Source of the DNA: Candidatus Micrarchaeota archaeon | GTDB taxonomy: Archaea; Micrarchaeota; Micrarchaeia; CABMEP01 | Assembly (NCBI GenBank): GCA_026413625.1 | Contig: JAOAKO010000003.1 | Location: forward strand, 2,507 to 66,506 | Direction of reading: 5' to 3' | Length of the DNA stretch: 64,000 nucleotides | Shown here: positions 17,372-27,643 of the stretch, piece by piece | Numbering within the stretch: position 1 is the stretch's first letter | How the letters are laid out: each line of letters opens with the position of its first letter | Program-made: the position numbers and the translations under genes | The notes under the pieces: model-generated | Database searches by the model: none | The model's input: the letters and a program-made list of their open reading frames with translations, nothing else | What the model was told of the DNA's origin: nothing

Positions 17372-18436
17372 CTATCCGCAGCTTCCACTTACGGTTCCAC
17401 TTTCGCTGCTTAATGCAGTATCACAGGAATTCGGCCTAGTTAAAAACGCAGAACAAATGGTTTGCTTGTATGCCTCTGGCGTCCTTCCACCCGAATACTC
17501 TACGTCATTTATAAATAGGGTAGGCGAGCCTTGAACGCCATATTTTTTGTTAAGCTCGTATTCCTGCTTTGCATATTCAATAGCGTTTTTATCATAGCAA
17601 TTCTTTACATATTCAACATCTATTCCTTTTGATTTTGCTATGCTCTCCCAGCAGCTATCTACATTTTGGTAGTTGCATGATAAACTAACCGCCTTAATGT
17701 ATTCCTTCCAAACAGAGTAGTCATATTTGTCTTTTATGCACATTTGCCTTATATTTTCATTCAGTTCTTGTATTCCGTGCATAGAGCAGTATGTCTTGTT
17801 TAAACAGTATTTATCCTCTTGCCCAGCATAGTATTGTGAAGGATATACAACAAAATGAAGCTCGAAATTAATCTTGTCACCAAGAATGTCTAAAACAGGC
17901 CACATTGCATTTTCTGCTTGCTGCCCGTATGGACAATAGCTCATCACGAATAACTTGACATTCGGTTTTTCCGTTTTGGGAATCTCTTCCGGTTGTGTCT
18001 GGATTTGTTGGTCAATTTGAGGAATGCTTTTGCTCATATTGTATAACGCACCGACCATCATAAACTGTCCGTCATTGGTTACATAAACTTCTCCTTCGCT
18101 TATTTTATTTCCATTTTGCATTATATCTATTTTTAGTATAGATATCCCGCTAACTTGCGTGATGTTTTTGACTGCTGCATTCGCATTATATGATTTGAGG
18201 AAATTTACGTTAAGATATTCTGTAACCTTGGCAGATATATCCGCCATGCTCATTTCAATCCCGTACTTTGGCTTTGACAGTGATAGGAACGGTAAATCCC
18301 ATGCGTTCATAAGCATGTAGCCAATCAATATATATCCAAAGACAATGCCAAAAATTCCTCCAACTATAAGACTTGTAATGATCAGTCTTCTTTTACTTGT
18401 TTTTTCAACATGTTCCCTTATTCTTGTAACAACCAT
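17372..18436 (-). CDS. membrane-anchored extracytoplasmic thioredoxin-fold protein (GILT/DsbA-like)
   Basis: It has an N-terminal TM anchor. VKLFVMSYCPYGQQAE occupies the CxxC position but reads C-P-Y-G. CSMHGIQELNENIRQMC resembles the GILT signature. The C-terminal GSPTLFINDVEYSGGRTPEAY resembles DsbA-like proteins. There are about 10 further Cys residues. Confidence 0.65.
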   Translation of the reverse strand: MVVTRIREHVEKTSKRRLIITSLIVGGIFGIVFGYILIGYMLMNAWDLPFLSLSKPKYGIEMSMADISAKVTEYLNVNFLKSYNANAAVKNITQVSGISILKIDIMQNGNKISEGEVYVTNDGQFMMVGALYNMSKSIPQIDQQIQTQPEEIPKTEKPNVKLFVMSYCPYGQQAENAMWPVLDILGDKINFELHFVVYPSQYYAGQEDKYCLNKTYCSMHGIQELNENIRQMCIKDKYDYSVWKEYIKAVSLSCNYQNVDSCWESIAKSKGIDVEYVKNCYDKNAIEYAKQEYELNKKYGVQGSPTLFINDVEYSGGRTPEAYKQTICSAFLTRPNSCDTALSSESGTVSGSCG

Positions 18437-18513
18437 TTTATCACCAAAAATAGTAATTATATTTTATTATAATAGATTGATAAATCTTTACTTTTTAGTA
18501 TATATTGATGTAG

Positions 18514-19044
18514 ATGGGAAATTTCAGCAGTTCGATATGGTTGTATCTTTCTCTAATAACTGCATGGAATATACTAATCTTTATAACACCGCTCTTATCG
18601 ATTAAAGGTTTAGATAATTCAGTGTTGTTTAATCTATTTTCCGTTTTTTGCCACCAGATATTCGAAAGATCTTTATGTATGAATAAAGACATGGAAATAA
18701 GCAGCTGTTCGATAGATCAGGGCTATACCTATCAATTTCCAGTTTGCGCAAGAGATTTTGCGTTTTATTTCGCAATGCTTTTGGGAGGAATTTTTATTTT
18801 AGCTCTTGGTAAAGATAAAGATAGAGAGATCCCAAGCCTAATATTTCTTTTCATATTTGTTCTTCCAACTGCAATCGACGGTTTAACTCAGCTTTTCGGG
18901 ATTAGAGAAAGTAACAACCAGCTTAGAATTGCGACAGGATTTTTAGCTGGGATAATAGTTCCCTTCTATGTAATACCTATAATGAATAGGGTTTTTAATA
19001 AAGGTGCATATAATGCAAGAAAGAGATCGCGAATTAGATCTTAG
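18514..19044 (+). CDS. DUF2085-like membrane protein
   Basis: [12 protein letters not shown] matches the CHQxxxRS motif of the DUF2085 family as I recall it. There are 4-5 TM helices. Confidence 0.6.
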   Translation: MGNFSSSIWLYLSLITAWNILIFITPLLSIKGLDNSVLFNLFSVFCHQIFERSLCMNKDMEISSCSIDQGYTYQFPVCARDFAFYFAMLLGGIFILALGKDKDREIPSLIFLFIFVLPTAIDGLTQLFGIRESNNQLRIATGFLAGIIVPFYVIPIMNRVFNKGAYNARKRSRIRS

Positions 19045-19441
19045 TTCGGTTGTATCGAGATTGAAAAATTTCAAGAAAGAATTAAAATCATTAGGCAGGG
19101 CAAAAACCAATGGCCAAAATTTAATAAAGAAGAAGATAATAAACGCACTGAAGAAATGCATCGACCCTGAGTTGGGAAGCAACATCGTAGATCTTGGTTT
19201 TGTATATGGAATAACATTAACAAGGCTAAACAGAAAATACAAGGCAAAAATAATTGTTACATTAACTTCTCCTTTTTGTCCATTGTCAGATTATATAGTT
19301 TCACAGGCTAGGGAGTCGGTAGCCAAAGTCAAAGGAATTTCTAATGTTGAAGTTGAAGTAACTTTTGAACCGCAATGGACTCCAGCAATGATCTCCTTGG
19401 AACTTCAGAAGAAACTATTCAAGAGTTTTTTAAGTGATTGA
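19004..19441 (+). CDS. DUF59/MIP18-family Fe-S assembly protein (SufT/PaaD-like)
   Basis: [23 protein letters not shown] ... [15 protein letters not shown] is the DUF59 signature. The 5' end overlaps the previous gene by 41 nt, so the start is uncertain. Confidence 0.75.
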   Translation: MHIMQERDRELDLSSVVSRLKNFKKELKSLGRAKTNGQNLIKKKIINALKKCIDPELGSNIVDLGFVYGITLTRLNRKYKAKIIVTLTSPFCPLSDYIVSQARESVAKVKGISNVEVEVTFEPQWTPAMISLELQKKLFKSFLSD

Positions 19442-19448
19442 TTGGCAA

Positions 19449-19892
19449 TCATACATCAATTATGACTTGACATCTCCAGCCTTTATTTATCTTTTCAACC
19501 TTAAAATGATGCATAGTTACTGCTTTTGCATCGATTACTATATCGTGCTTTTTAGGATCTATTTTTTCCCCGTATGCAACTGCATTTAGGACCATTTCTT
19601 TTCTTTCTTTTCTTATTTCAATCTTAAATTTGCTGAAAAACATTTGCTCTGCATCCTTTAGAAAGATAAGTTCATCTAAAAATGAGAACAAAAGGGATTC
19701 TTCGTCGTTAGCTCGCTTTTCTATCTTGAATTCAAGTTTCGGCTCTATTTTCATTGGGTCTCTGACCATTACTCCGAGCAATGCAACCCCAGCATCCGAA
19801 AACATCTCTTCGATAGTTTTTCCAGTTGCTTCGAAGGCGACATCTGCTGAAGTCAGCTCATGCAAATATTTGTATGGCATCGTACCACTCAA
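19449..19892 (-). CDS. archease (RtcB activator)
   Basis: YKYLHELTSADVAFEATGKTIEEMFSDAGVALLGVM and the C-terminal AVTMHHFKVEK match archease. The gene is translationally coupled to rtcB with a 4-nt overlap. Confidence 0.85.
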   Translation of the reverse strand: MSGTMPYKYLHELTSADVAFEATGKTIEEMFSDAGVALLGVMVRDPMKIEPKLEFKIEKRANDEESLLFSFLDELIFLKDAEQMFFSKFKIEIRKERKEMVLNAVAYGEKIDPKKHDIVIDAKAVTMHHFKVEKINKGWRCQVIIDV

Positions 19893-21346
19893 CCTTTAAT
19901 GTTTGCAATAGGAATGAATCTTACAATCCTCTTTGAAATTCCTGCCTTTTCACATGTTTCAGTAACGTCATCAACAGATTTATAGGCTGCTCCCGCTTCC
20001 TCAGCTAAACCAGATAAACTGTCCGTCTTTACGATTATGCCTCTCTTTTCCATTTCTTTTTGAAGCTGATCTCCTCTGAATTGATGTTTAGCCTGGGCCC
20101 GAGACATTGTTCGTCCGCTTCCATGGGCGGTGCTTCCGAATGTGTTTTCTTCGGCATACTTTGTTCCAAGCAATAAATAACTGCCAGTTTCCATGGATCC
20201 ACCCAAAATCACCGGCTGCCCAAGCTTATAGTATTCTTTAGGTATCTCGTTATTTTCAGGTCCAAATGCTCTTGTAGCTCCCTTTCTGTGTACGATTACC
20301 TCTTTCCAGTTTCCGTCTACTAGGTATTTTTCTAGCTTGGCGGTATTGTGCGTTACATCATAGATTTGGTGCATTCCTAATTTTTCAGGGTCGGATTTAA
20401 ATACATCGCTGAAGACCTCTCTTATTCTATGTAGAATTACTTGCCTATTTGCAAATGCCATGTTCATCGCTCCTTTCATAGCTAAGAAATAATTTTGGCC
20501 TTCAGGTGAACTGAATGGAGCACAGGCAAGTTCTTTGTCAATTATCTTTATCTTATATTTAGATTCCATAACACTTAAGAACACATTGAGAGAATCAGTC
20601 GCCACTTGGTGACCAAACCCTCTACTTCCACAGTGAAACATTACTACTACCTGTCCGGGAAATATGCCTAGTTTCTTTGCAGCATCTTTATCAAATATAT
20701 TTTCCTCCTTAACAACCTGGATTTCAAGATAGTGGTTTCCAGAACCCAAGGTTCCTATTTGATCATATCCTCTCGCTATCGCTCTTGAGCTAATTTTAGA
20801 CGCATCTGCCTCCATACATCCCCCTTCTTCTGTTCTCTTAAGGTCTTCTTCCCAGCCATATCCCTTTAGAACAGCCCACTTTGAGCCTTCCTCTATGACT
20901 TTCTTAAATTCATCTTTGCTAATCTTTACAAAACCAGTGGCACCAACTCCGGAAGGAACTCGCTTGAATAACGCATCTATTAATTCTCTTAATTTCGGTT
21001 TAACATCATCAATAGTAAGATCAGTTCTTACTAAACGCATTCCGCAGTTTATATCAAAACCTACTCCGCCTGGAGAAATAACTCCCTCCGTTGTATCAAA
21101 CGCAGCCACACCACCGATCGGAAATCCATATCCCGAATGGCCATCAGGCATGACATAGGAGTATTTCTGTATTCCAGGTAGAGTCGCAACATTGGATGCC
21201 TGATCAAAAACCGCCAGATCCATTGTATCCAGCAGTCTTTTGCTTGCATAAACTCTGACCGGAACCCTCATCCCCTGCTTGAACGAAGGGGCGATCTCCC
21301 ATAAGTAGTCATTAACCTTTATGAAATTCGGCTTTTTGAAAGTCAT
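19889..21346 (-). CDS. rtcB: RNA-splicing ligase RtcB
   Basis: MPDGHSGYGFPIGGV, GFDINCGMR, GSGNHYLEIQ, HCGSRGFGHQ and STAHGSGR are present. The product is 485 aa with no intein. Confidence 0.93.
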   Translation of the reverse strand: MTFKKPNFIKVNDYLWEIAPSFKQGMRVPVRVYASKRLLDTMDLAVFDQASNVATLPGIQKYSYVMPDGHSGYGFPIGGVAAFDTTEGVISPGGVGFDINCGMRLVRTDLTIDDVKPKLRELIDALFKRVPSGVGATGFVKISKDEFKKVIEEGSKWAVLKGYGWEEDLKRTEEGGCMEADASKISSRAIARGYDQIGTLGSGNHYLEIQVVKEENIFDKDAAKKLGIFPGQVVVMFHCGSRGFGHQVATDSLNVFLSVMESKYKIKIIDKELACAPFSSPEGQNYFLAMKGAMNMAFANRQVILHRIREVFSDVFKSDPEKLGMHQIYDVTHNTAKLEKYLVDGNWKEVIVHRKGATRAFGPENNEIPKEYYKLGQPVILGGSMETGSYLLLGTKYAEENTFGSTAHGSGRTMSRAQAKHQFRGDQLQKEMEKRGIIVKTDSLSGLAEEAGAAYKSVDDVTETCEKAGISKRIVRFIPIANIKG

Positions 21347-21436
21347 TTTTTCACCTAAACATGAAGTTCGTTAAATAAAATCTGTAGATATAATATATGA
21401 TATCATGTTTATTAATCTTTATCAGCAATTAGAATT

Positions 21437-22390
21437 ATGGCAGTAGAATTTCTTTTTCAGCTGTTCTTTCTAATAGCCTCACTTTTGGCTTTGGCCTTTT
21501 CATCAAAAGTAGTTTTAGATAGTGCAGATAAACTCGCATCGTATTTTGGATTGAGCCGGCTTGCAATAGGCTTCGTATTGATTTCGTTTCTGACAAGCCT
21601 TCCAGAATTTTCAATTGCAGTTTTGTCTTCGTTTTCGGGTAATAATAACATTTCATTAGGTAATCTGCTCGGTGCAAATGTCACTAATGTTGCACTTATT
21701 TTCGGGTTGCTTTTATTCTTATCCATAAAACCAGTCAAACTTAATAGACAAATACTAAACGATATGTTAGTTTATCTTTTCATTTCCTTCTTACCTATTG
21801 TTTTATTTCTTGACGGCTTTCTATCTTTAATTGATGGGGCTATATTGTTGATTATTTATTCAATCTTCCTTAAGATGATTTTAGATTCTAGGGAAAAGAC
21901 ATTTACATTCAATAATTTAGACAAAAAACAGGCTGCAAGAGAGTTTTTGACGCTTTTAATAGCAATACTAATCGTTTTCATAAGCGCTGAATTCGTAGTT
22001 AAAGTTGCAGTCGATTTAGCAGAATCTTTGAACATATTTGAATCGTTCATAGGCGCTACCCTTATAGCGTTTAACACCACCATTCCAGAGCTTGCTCTGA
22101 CTCTTGTGGCAGCAAGGAAAAAAGTTTCGGAAATAGCAATCGGCAATCTTATAGGAAGCAACATTGTAAATATAACATTGATACTTGGAATAAACGTTAT
22201 GATTAATCCATTTGTTCCAAATATCGAGATAGCAAGCCTGATTTTTGGATTTATACTCTTGACATCGGGATACGTGATATACAAGCTTCTTTCTTCCAGC
22301 TCCCTTGAAAAAAGAGACGGAATTATTCTTATATTTCTTTATATTCTTTATATATTCACACTTTCTTCTGTACAATTAATCCATGCGTGA
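21437..22390 (+). CDS. Ca2+/cation antiporter (CaCA family, YrbG-like)
   Basis: The two alpha-repeats are GNLLGANVTNVALIFGL and GNLIGSNIVNITLILGI. There are ~10 TM helices. Confidence 0.85.
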   Translation: MAVEFLFQLFFLIASLLALAFSSKVVLDSADKLASYFGLSRLAIGFVLISFLTSLPEFSIAVLSSFSGNNNISLGNLLGANVTNVALIFGLLLFLSIKPVKLNRQILNDMLVYLFISFLPIVLFLDGFLSLIDGAILLIIYSIFLKMILDSREKTFTFNNLDKKQAAREFLTLLIAILIVFISAEFVVKVAVDLAESLNIFESFIGATLIAFNTTIPELALTLVAARKKVSEIAIGNLIGSNIVNITLILGINVMINPFVPNIEIASLIFGFILLTSGYVIYKLLSSSSLEKRDGIILIFLYILYIFTLSSVQLIHA

Positions 22391-23831
22391 TAAGATGTCA
22401 AACCAAATCATGCAAAGAAAATCAACAATGAATCTTTCAATAATCGAAGGAGGGCTTTACTCTGGCATGGTTGGATTCTGCCAATATTTCATCACCCCAT
22501 ATGCAATATTTTTAGGAATGCCTAATTTTATGGTAGGTTTGTTGCGTTCCATATCTTCTCTTGTTTCTGCCCTGGGCTTCTATTTTAGTATTTGGCTTAT
22601 GCAGTTTGAAAAAACAAGAAAAGAAATGATTTCAAAATACGTTTCATACCAGGCTTACATAATAATTTTTTTCCTTTTAATTCCATTTGTCCCTTTGGAT
22701 AGGTCTTGGATGTTCATATTTCTTTATTCTTTGTTCCTTTTCTTGGGTTCGGTCGTTTCCCCAATGTGGACTTCTTTAATGAAGGATGTTGTAGTGAAAA
22801 AAGAGAGAGGGACATATTTTGGAAGGAGAAATAAGTTAGCAGGCCTTTTTGAAGTCGCATCTTCGCTAATTGCAGGAGCTGTCCTTAACTATTTCACAGG
22901 CAACATCTATGTAGGCTTTATAACTATCTTTGTAGTGGCGTTTTTATTCAGATTAGCCTCTTCAAGGCTGCTTCTTAAGCATTGGGATCCCAATGGAAAA
23001 ATTTTCCACAAAGGGAAAAAGAAAGGAATGAAGTTTGAGTTTTTCCTTGTCAATGACAAGTATTTGAATAATCTTATTTTATTGGGAGGAGGAATGTTGT
23101 TCGCAACAAACATTGCAGGGCCGTTCTTTGCAGTATTCATGCTAAAGAATCTGAATTTTAGCTATCTTGATTTCACATTGGCAACGGTCGCTTCTACTAT
23201 TGCAACGCTCATTTCCCAACCGTATTGGGGTAGATTGATTGACAAATATGGAACACGCCCCGTTCTATTTTCAACATCAGTTCTTATACCTCTCGTCCCT
23301 TTGTTTTGGATTCCAGCAACAAATTTGATGTATGTCATAATAATTCAGCTATATGCTGGTGTCGTATGGGCAGGATTTGATCTTGCTGTATTCAATATGC
23401 TGCTTAAGATATCACCTAAGAATAAAACATCTCTGTACTCCGCTTCCTATAACGGAGCAATTTCTATTCTTACATTCTTAGGAATGTTTCTTGGAAGCAT
23501 ACTGATTTTAATTTTGGATAGCATTGATGCCCAAATACTCAATAGCATTCAAATTCTTTTTCTCATTTCTGGAATCTTGAGATTTTTAGTGGCTGCAGTT
23601 GTAATTCCAAGAATTACTGCACAAATGCAGGTAAATTCATTAAATTTCTTTCTTAAGACAATAACAGTATATCCTATTAAAGGAGTTTTATCGGAAGTCG
23701 AACAAGGAACTGTTTTTGCAGAGCAAATAGTAATATCAACTTCAAAACTCATATTCGACCCCCTAGGTTCATTCAAGCGCATTAGAAAAGGATTTCAAGC
23801 AAGCATAAAATTAATAAGTGCAAAGAGATAA
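22383..23831 (+). CDS. MFS-type transporter
   Basis: 482 aa with ~12 TM helices and a central basic loop. The loop motif GRRNKLAG lies after TM helices 2/3. It overlaps the upstream gene in ATGCGTGA. Confidence 0.7.
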   Translation: MRDKMSNQIMQRKSTMNLSIIEGGLYSGMVGFCQYFITPYAIFLGMPNFMVGLLRSISSLVSALGFYFSIWLMQFEKTRKEMISKYVSYQAYIIIFFLLIPFVPLDRSWMFIFLYSLFLFLGSVVSPMWTSLMKDVVVKKERGTYFGRRNKLAGLFEVASSLIAGAVLNYFTGNIYVGFITIFVVAFLFRLASSRLLLKHWDPNGKIFHKGKKKGMKFEFFLVNDKYLNNLILLGGGMLFATNIAGPFFAVFMLKNLNFSYLDFTLATVASTIATLISQPYWGRLIDKYGTRPVLFSTSVLIPLVPLFWIPATNLMYVIIIQLYAGVVWAGFDLAVFNMLLKISPKNKTSLYSASYNGAISILTFLGMFLGSILILILDSIDAQILNSIQILFLISGILRFLVAAVVIPRITAQMQVNSLNFFLKTITVYPIKGVLSEVEQGTVFAEQIVISTSKLIFDPLGSFKRIRKGFQASIKLISAKR

Positions 23832-23867
23832 ATATATTGGAGATTTAAGCTCATACAGAGTGATTAG

Positions 23868-24374
23868 ATGCAGATCGTTAAGATTCCGGCAGAAAGAATA
23901 AAGGTATTGATGTCAAACGCCAGGTATATAGAAGAAAAAGGTGACATTGAGATTTCGGTGTCAAATGAAGAAGGCATAACAATAAAGTCAAAAGATCCAG
24001 TTGCTGAATGGAAGGCAATAAATGTTATCAAGGCAGTGGGAAGAGGATTCAACCCAACCATAGCTGTAAATCTGTTTAGCGACGATTATGTTCTCCATAT
24101 AATCAATCTCAAAGATATATTCGACAAGGAAAAGCAAAGAATAAGAGTAAGAGCAAGACTGATAGGAACTAAGGGAAAGACACGTGCTATAATAGAGGAG
24201 ATAAGCGGGGCGTTCGTCTGCATTTATGGAAATACAATAAGTTTTGTTGGAAAACCGGAAGAAGTTTCTATAGCAGCTGAAGCTGCAAATATGATAATAA
24301 ACGGAGTAAGCCACGGTGCGGTTTATATGTTTTTGCAGAAAGAGCGGAAAAGACTTGAATCGCAAAAAATATAG
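23868..24374 (+). CDS. KH-domain RNA-binding protein (Dim2/Pno1-like)
   Basis: There are two KH-like modules. LIGTKGKTRAIIEEISG carries the GxxG loop, and the protein also has AINVIKAVGRGFNP. Confidence 0.8.
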   Translation: MQIVKIPAERIKVLMSNARYIEEKGDIEISVSNEEGITIKSKDPVAEWKAINVIKAVGRGFNPTIAVNLFSDDYVLHIINLKDIFDKEKQRIRVRARLIGTKGKTRAIIEEISGAFVCIYGNTISFVGKPEEVSIAAEAANMIINGVSHGAVYMFLQKERKRLESQKI

Positions 24375-24518
24375 CCATATTCCGTCGTTATTTTTTTAAT
24401 TTTATAGGGTCATGTTTATAATCTTTTCTTAACTTATTAATATTAGAGATAATTTCGTATACTGAAGATCGTGTTGAGATCAACACTCTTCTTTTATTTA
24501 TTTCGACCAGGTGTTTAT

Positions 24519-26255
24519 ATGGAACAAAAGGATCAAATATCACAAACTAGCGTAGGGGAAATACCTAAGGTAGGTTCAGAATCAATAAAAACCGCCGATT
24601 TGAAATCAACTAAAATAACGGCAGGTGTGCAAGAAGTACACAGCCAAGAAATATTCTCTGAGTTTCGCGAGCATTCTGTTGCAGAATTCTTTAAGAAAAA
24701 CAGGCAAATGCTTGGCTTTTCAGGAAAAGTTAGATCCCTTACTACTTTAGTACATGAATATGTAACAAACAGCTTAGATGCTTGCGAAGAAGCTAAGATT
24801 TTGCCAAATATTTATGTCAAGATAGACAATCTTCCAAATGGCCACATTCGTCTATATGTCGAAGATAATGGACCAGGAATTCCAAAGCAATTCATTGGAA
24901 GGGCGTTAGGACAGATGCTTGCAGGTACAAAGTTCCACAGGTTTGTACAGCAGAGAGGCCAGCAGGGTATAGGTGCAACCGGAGGAACGATGTACGCGCA
25001 AATAACCACTGGAAAGCCAATACATTGCCGTTCAAGTACTGGAGATAACATTATTTACGAGTGCGATGTTGCAGTTGATTTGAAAACAAATTCTCCAAAA
25101 ATTTCAAATATGGTGGAGTACACTGGAAAATATAGGGGATTAACCATAATCGGCGAATTCGGTGAGGTAAAATACGACAAAAGCGAGTACTCTGCATTTG
25201 AGTATCTTAAGGCTACCGCACTCGCTAACCCCCATGCTCAGATAACTATAGTAGATCCCGAAGGAGAGAGAACAGTGTTTCAGAGAGCACATGAGGAGGT
25301 GCCAGAACGGCCAAAGCCAGCGCAGCCTCATCCTTTAGGCGTTACGACCGATGATCTAATCAATTATGCACATCACTCAAAAGAAAGGAAGCTTTCGTCA
25401 TTTTTAACCTCTAACTTTGCTAGAGTTTCAGATTCAAAGGTTGAAGAATTAAAGAAATTATGTCCTTCTATAAATTTTGACAAGATGCCGAGAGAATTGA
25501 AATGGGAAGAAGCAGAGGCCATAGTTCGCGCATTTAAGCAAATAAAATGGATCGCCCCTTCAGCTGATCCATTGAGGCCTATAGGCAAGGAGCAGATAGA
25601 GAAGGCGTTGAAGAATGTTCTTCAACCCGAATTTGTTTCTGTTTCTGAGAGAAGTCCGAAAGTATTCAGAGGTGGAGTTCCGTTTTTAGTTGAAGTAGGA
25701 ATCGCATACAAGGGTAAAGCAGGCAGGCAGAAGTCAGACGGAACGGTTGGGTTGGATGTTAAGAGATTTGCAAATAGAGCACCGCTCCTTTTTGATGCAG
25801 GAGGCTGTGCCACCATGGAAGCGGTAAAAACCATAGATTGGGGAAGATATGGTTTAAAGGACATAGAAAATATGCCGGTCACTCTTTTCATGAATTTGGT
25901 TTCGGTTCATGTTCCATACACAAGCGCCGGAAAGCAAGCAATATCTAACGAAGAGGAGATAGTTGAGGAATTCAGATATGCGATCATGGAGGTTGCGAGG
26001 GATCTCGACCGATACCTATCAGGTAAAATACGTGATGAGCAGAGAGAAGCAAGAAAGAAGGCGATTATGAGATACGTGAAGCAGATTTCTTCTGACCTTC
26101 CATATCTGGCAGGTGAAAAAACATCGGAAGAGCTAGAGAAAAAACTTTTGCACATCATCGAGTCCAAATATTCAAAGATGTTCGATAAAGGAAGGCTTAC
26201 TGCCGATGAAGAAAAGCAGATAAAGAAAGAGATAGAGGAAGATATTGAAGAATAG
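24519..26255 (+). CDS. top6B: DNA topoisomerase VI subunit B
   Basis: The GHKL/Bergerat fold is marked by HEYVTNSLDA, EDNGPGIP and GQQGIGATG. A transducer domain follows. The ATG at 24519 is preferred over the GTG at 24471. Confidence 0.92.
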   Translation: MEQKDQISQTSVGEIPKVGSESIKTADLKSTKITAGVQEVHSQEIFSEFREHSVAEFFKKNRQMLGFSGKVRSLTTLVHEYVTNSLDACEEAKILPNIYVKIDNLPNGHIRLYVEDNGPGIPKQFIGRALGQMLAGTKFHRFVQQRGQQGIGATGGTMYAQITTGKPIHCRSSTGDNIIYECDVAVDLKTNSPKISNMVEYTGKYRGLTIIGEFGEVKYDKSEYSAFEYLKATALANPHAQITIVDPEGERTVFQRAHEEVPERPKPAQPHPLGVTTDDLINYAHHSKERKLSSFLTSNFARVSDSKVEELKKLCPSINFDKMPRELKWEEAEAIVRAFKQIKWIAPSADPLRPIGKEQIEKALKNVLQPEFVSVSERSPKVFRGGVPFLVEVGIAYKGKAGRQKSDGTVGLDVKRFANRAPLLFDAGGCATMEAVKTIDWGRYGLKDIENMPVTLFMNLVSVHVPYTSAGKQAISNEEEIVEEFRYAIMEVARDLDRYLSGKIRDEQREARKKAIMRYVKQISSDLPYLAGEKTSEELEKKLLHIIESKYSKMFDKGRLTADEEKQIKKEIEEDIEE

Positions 26256-26290
26256 TTTAAACTACATTTAATCGCGATTATGGTGATAAT

Positions 26291-27436
26291 ATGGCAAAAA
26301 AGAAGGAAATTTCTCTTGAAAAATCAGATGCATCGCTTACAAAAGAAGACATAATTGTGAAGGAGAAATTAACATCATTGGGAAAACAGCTTATCAAGGA
26401 AATTGAGGCGGGTCAATCTCCTTACTTCGAGACAGTTGTGAGGGGAAGATCAAATGTTTTGCACGGCGAAGAAGGGTATCTGTACCTTGGCGATAAAAAG
26501 GAAAAAAGAGTTTTTCTAAACGTTGCGCAGGCAAAGAAATTCATGCAAACAGTTGCGGTCGCAGCAAAATGCAAAAAATTCAAAGAAGAAAATCTCCATA
26601 CTTCCATAAGAGGTCTTTTCTATCAGCTTAAGTTCACTTTGGGAGAAGATTTGGACGAGGAATTGTTTGAAGAGCAATCAGAATCTAACGAGCTCGTTGA
26701 AGATTTAGAGGTTGCTTTAAATCTGAAGAGAGAGGATCTTAATTTAAGCACTGACCGAAAAGGAGTCGTAGCTGGAAACCTTGTAATAAGAGACAAATTC
26801 GGAGGGGAGGAAACTGAGATCGACTGCACTAAGCAAGGTCGTTCTGGTTGGATGATTCCTTCAGATGTAGATAACGGAATGGAGTTTATAGATGTTGATG
26901 TCGATTACGTGTTGGTAATTGAGAAGGATGCACTTTGGCAAAGACTTAACGAAGACAAGTTCTGGAAAAAAGAGAACTGCTTAATAATAACTCCAAAGGG
27001 TCAGGCTTCAAGAGGATGCAGAAGGCTTATAAGAAAACTTGCCGATATGAAACTTCCGATTTATTGTTTTATGGATTGCGATGCATGGGGATGGTACATC
27101 TATTGGACAATCAAAACCGGAAGTATGAATCTTGCTTATTTAGGCAGAAATATCGCAACACCAGAAGCAAAGTTTATAGGCGTTACGATGTCTGATATTG
27201 AGAGATACGACTTTTTAAAGAAACTTACAATAAACGCAAAAGAGGTCGATCTTAAAAGGGCAGAGGAATTGCTTTCCTACCCTTGGATAAGCAGGCACCA
27301 AGATTGGGTTAAGGAATTAAAGATAGTTTTAGACACTAAGAAAAAGATAGAGCAAGACGCTTTGCAAGGGCCGCGTCTTACATTCGTAGGAGAGTATGTG
27401 CGAGAAAAGGTTGAAAATAAGCAATTCCTATATTGA
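26291..27436 (+). CDS. top6A: DNA topoisomerase VI subunit A (Spo11 homolog)
   Basis: The 5Y-CAP region has IRGLFYQL, containing the catalytic Tyr. The Toprim domain is VLVIEKDALWQRL ... FMDCDAWGWYI. Confidence 0.92.
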   Translation: MAKKKEISLEKSDASLTKEDIIVKEKLTSLGKQLIKEIEAGQSPYFETVVRGRSNVLHGEEGYLYLGDKKEKRVFLNVAQAKKFMQTVAVAAKCKKFKEENLHTSIRGLFYQLKFTLGEDLDEELFEEQSESNELVEDLEVALNLKREDLNLSTDRKGVVAGNLVIRDKFGGEETEIDCTKQGRSGWMIPSDVDNGMEFIDVDVDYVLVIEKDALWQRLNEDKFWKKENCLIITPKGQASRGCRRLIRKLADMKLPIYCFMDCDAWGWYIYWTIKTGSMNLAYLGRNIATPEAKFIGVTMSDIERYDFLKKLTINAKEVDLKRAEELLSYPWISRHQDWVKELKIVLDTKKKIEQDALQGPRLTFVGEYVREKVENKQFLY

Positions 27437-27643
27437 TGCTAATGGACTATCAATGTCAAGATTTAAAACAAATTTTGCAATTTTGTTTCTTTTTTATCAT
27501 TTTTATCATTTTTTAGAACAAACACTATAAAATGGAACATGTTTTATAAAATACACAATATATAGTATGTTTTTTATTCGTTTAATGTCGTAAATTCCTG
27601 AATTTTCAGAAACATTTTTAAATCCCAATTCCTCTTATATTTT

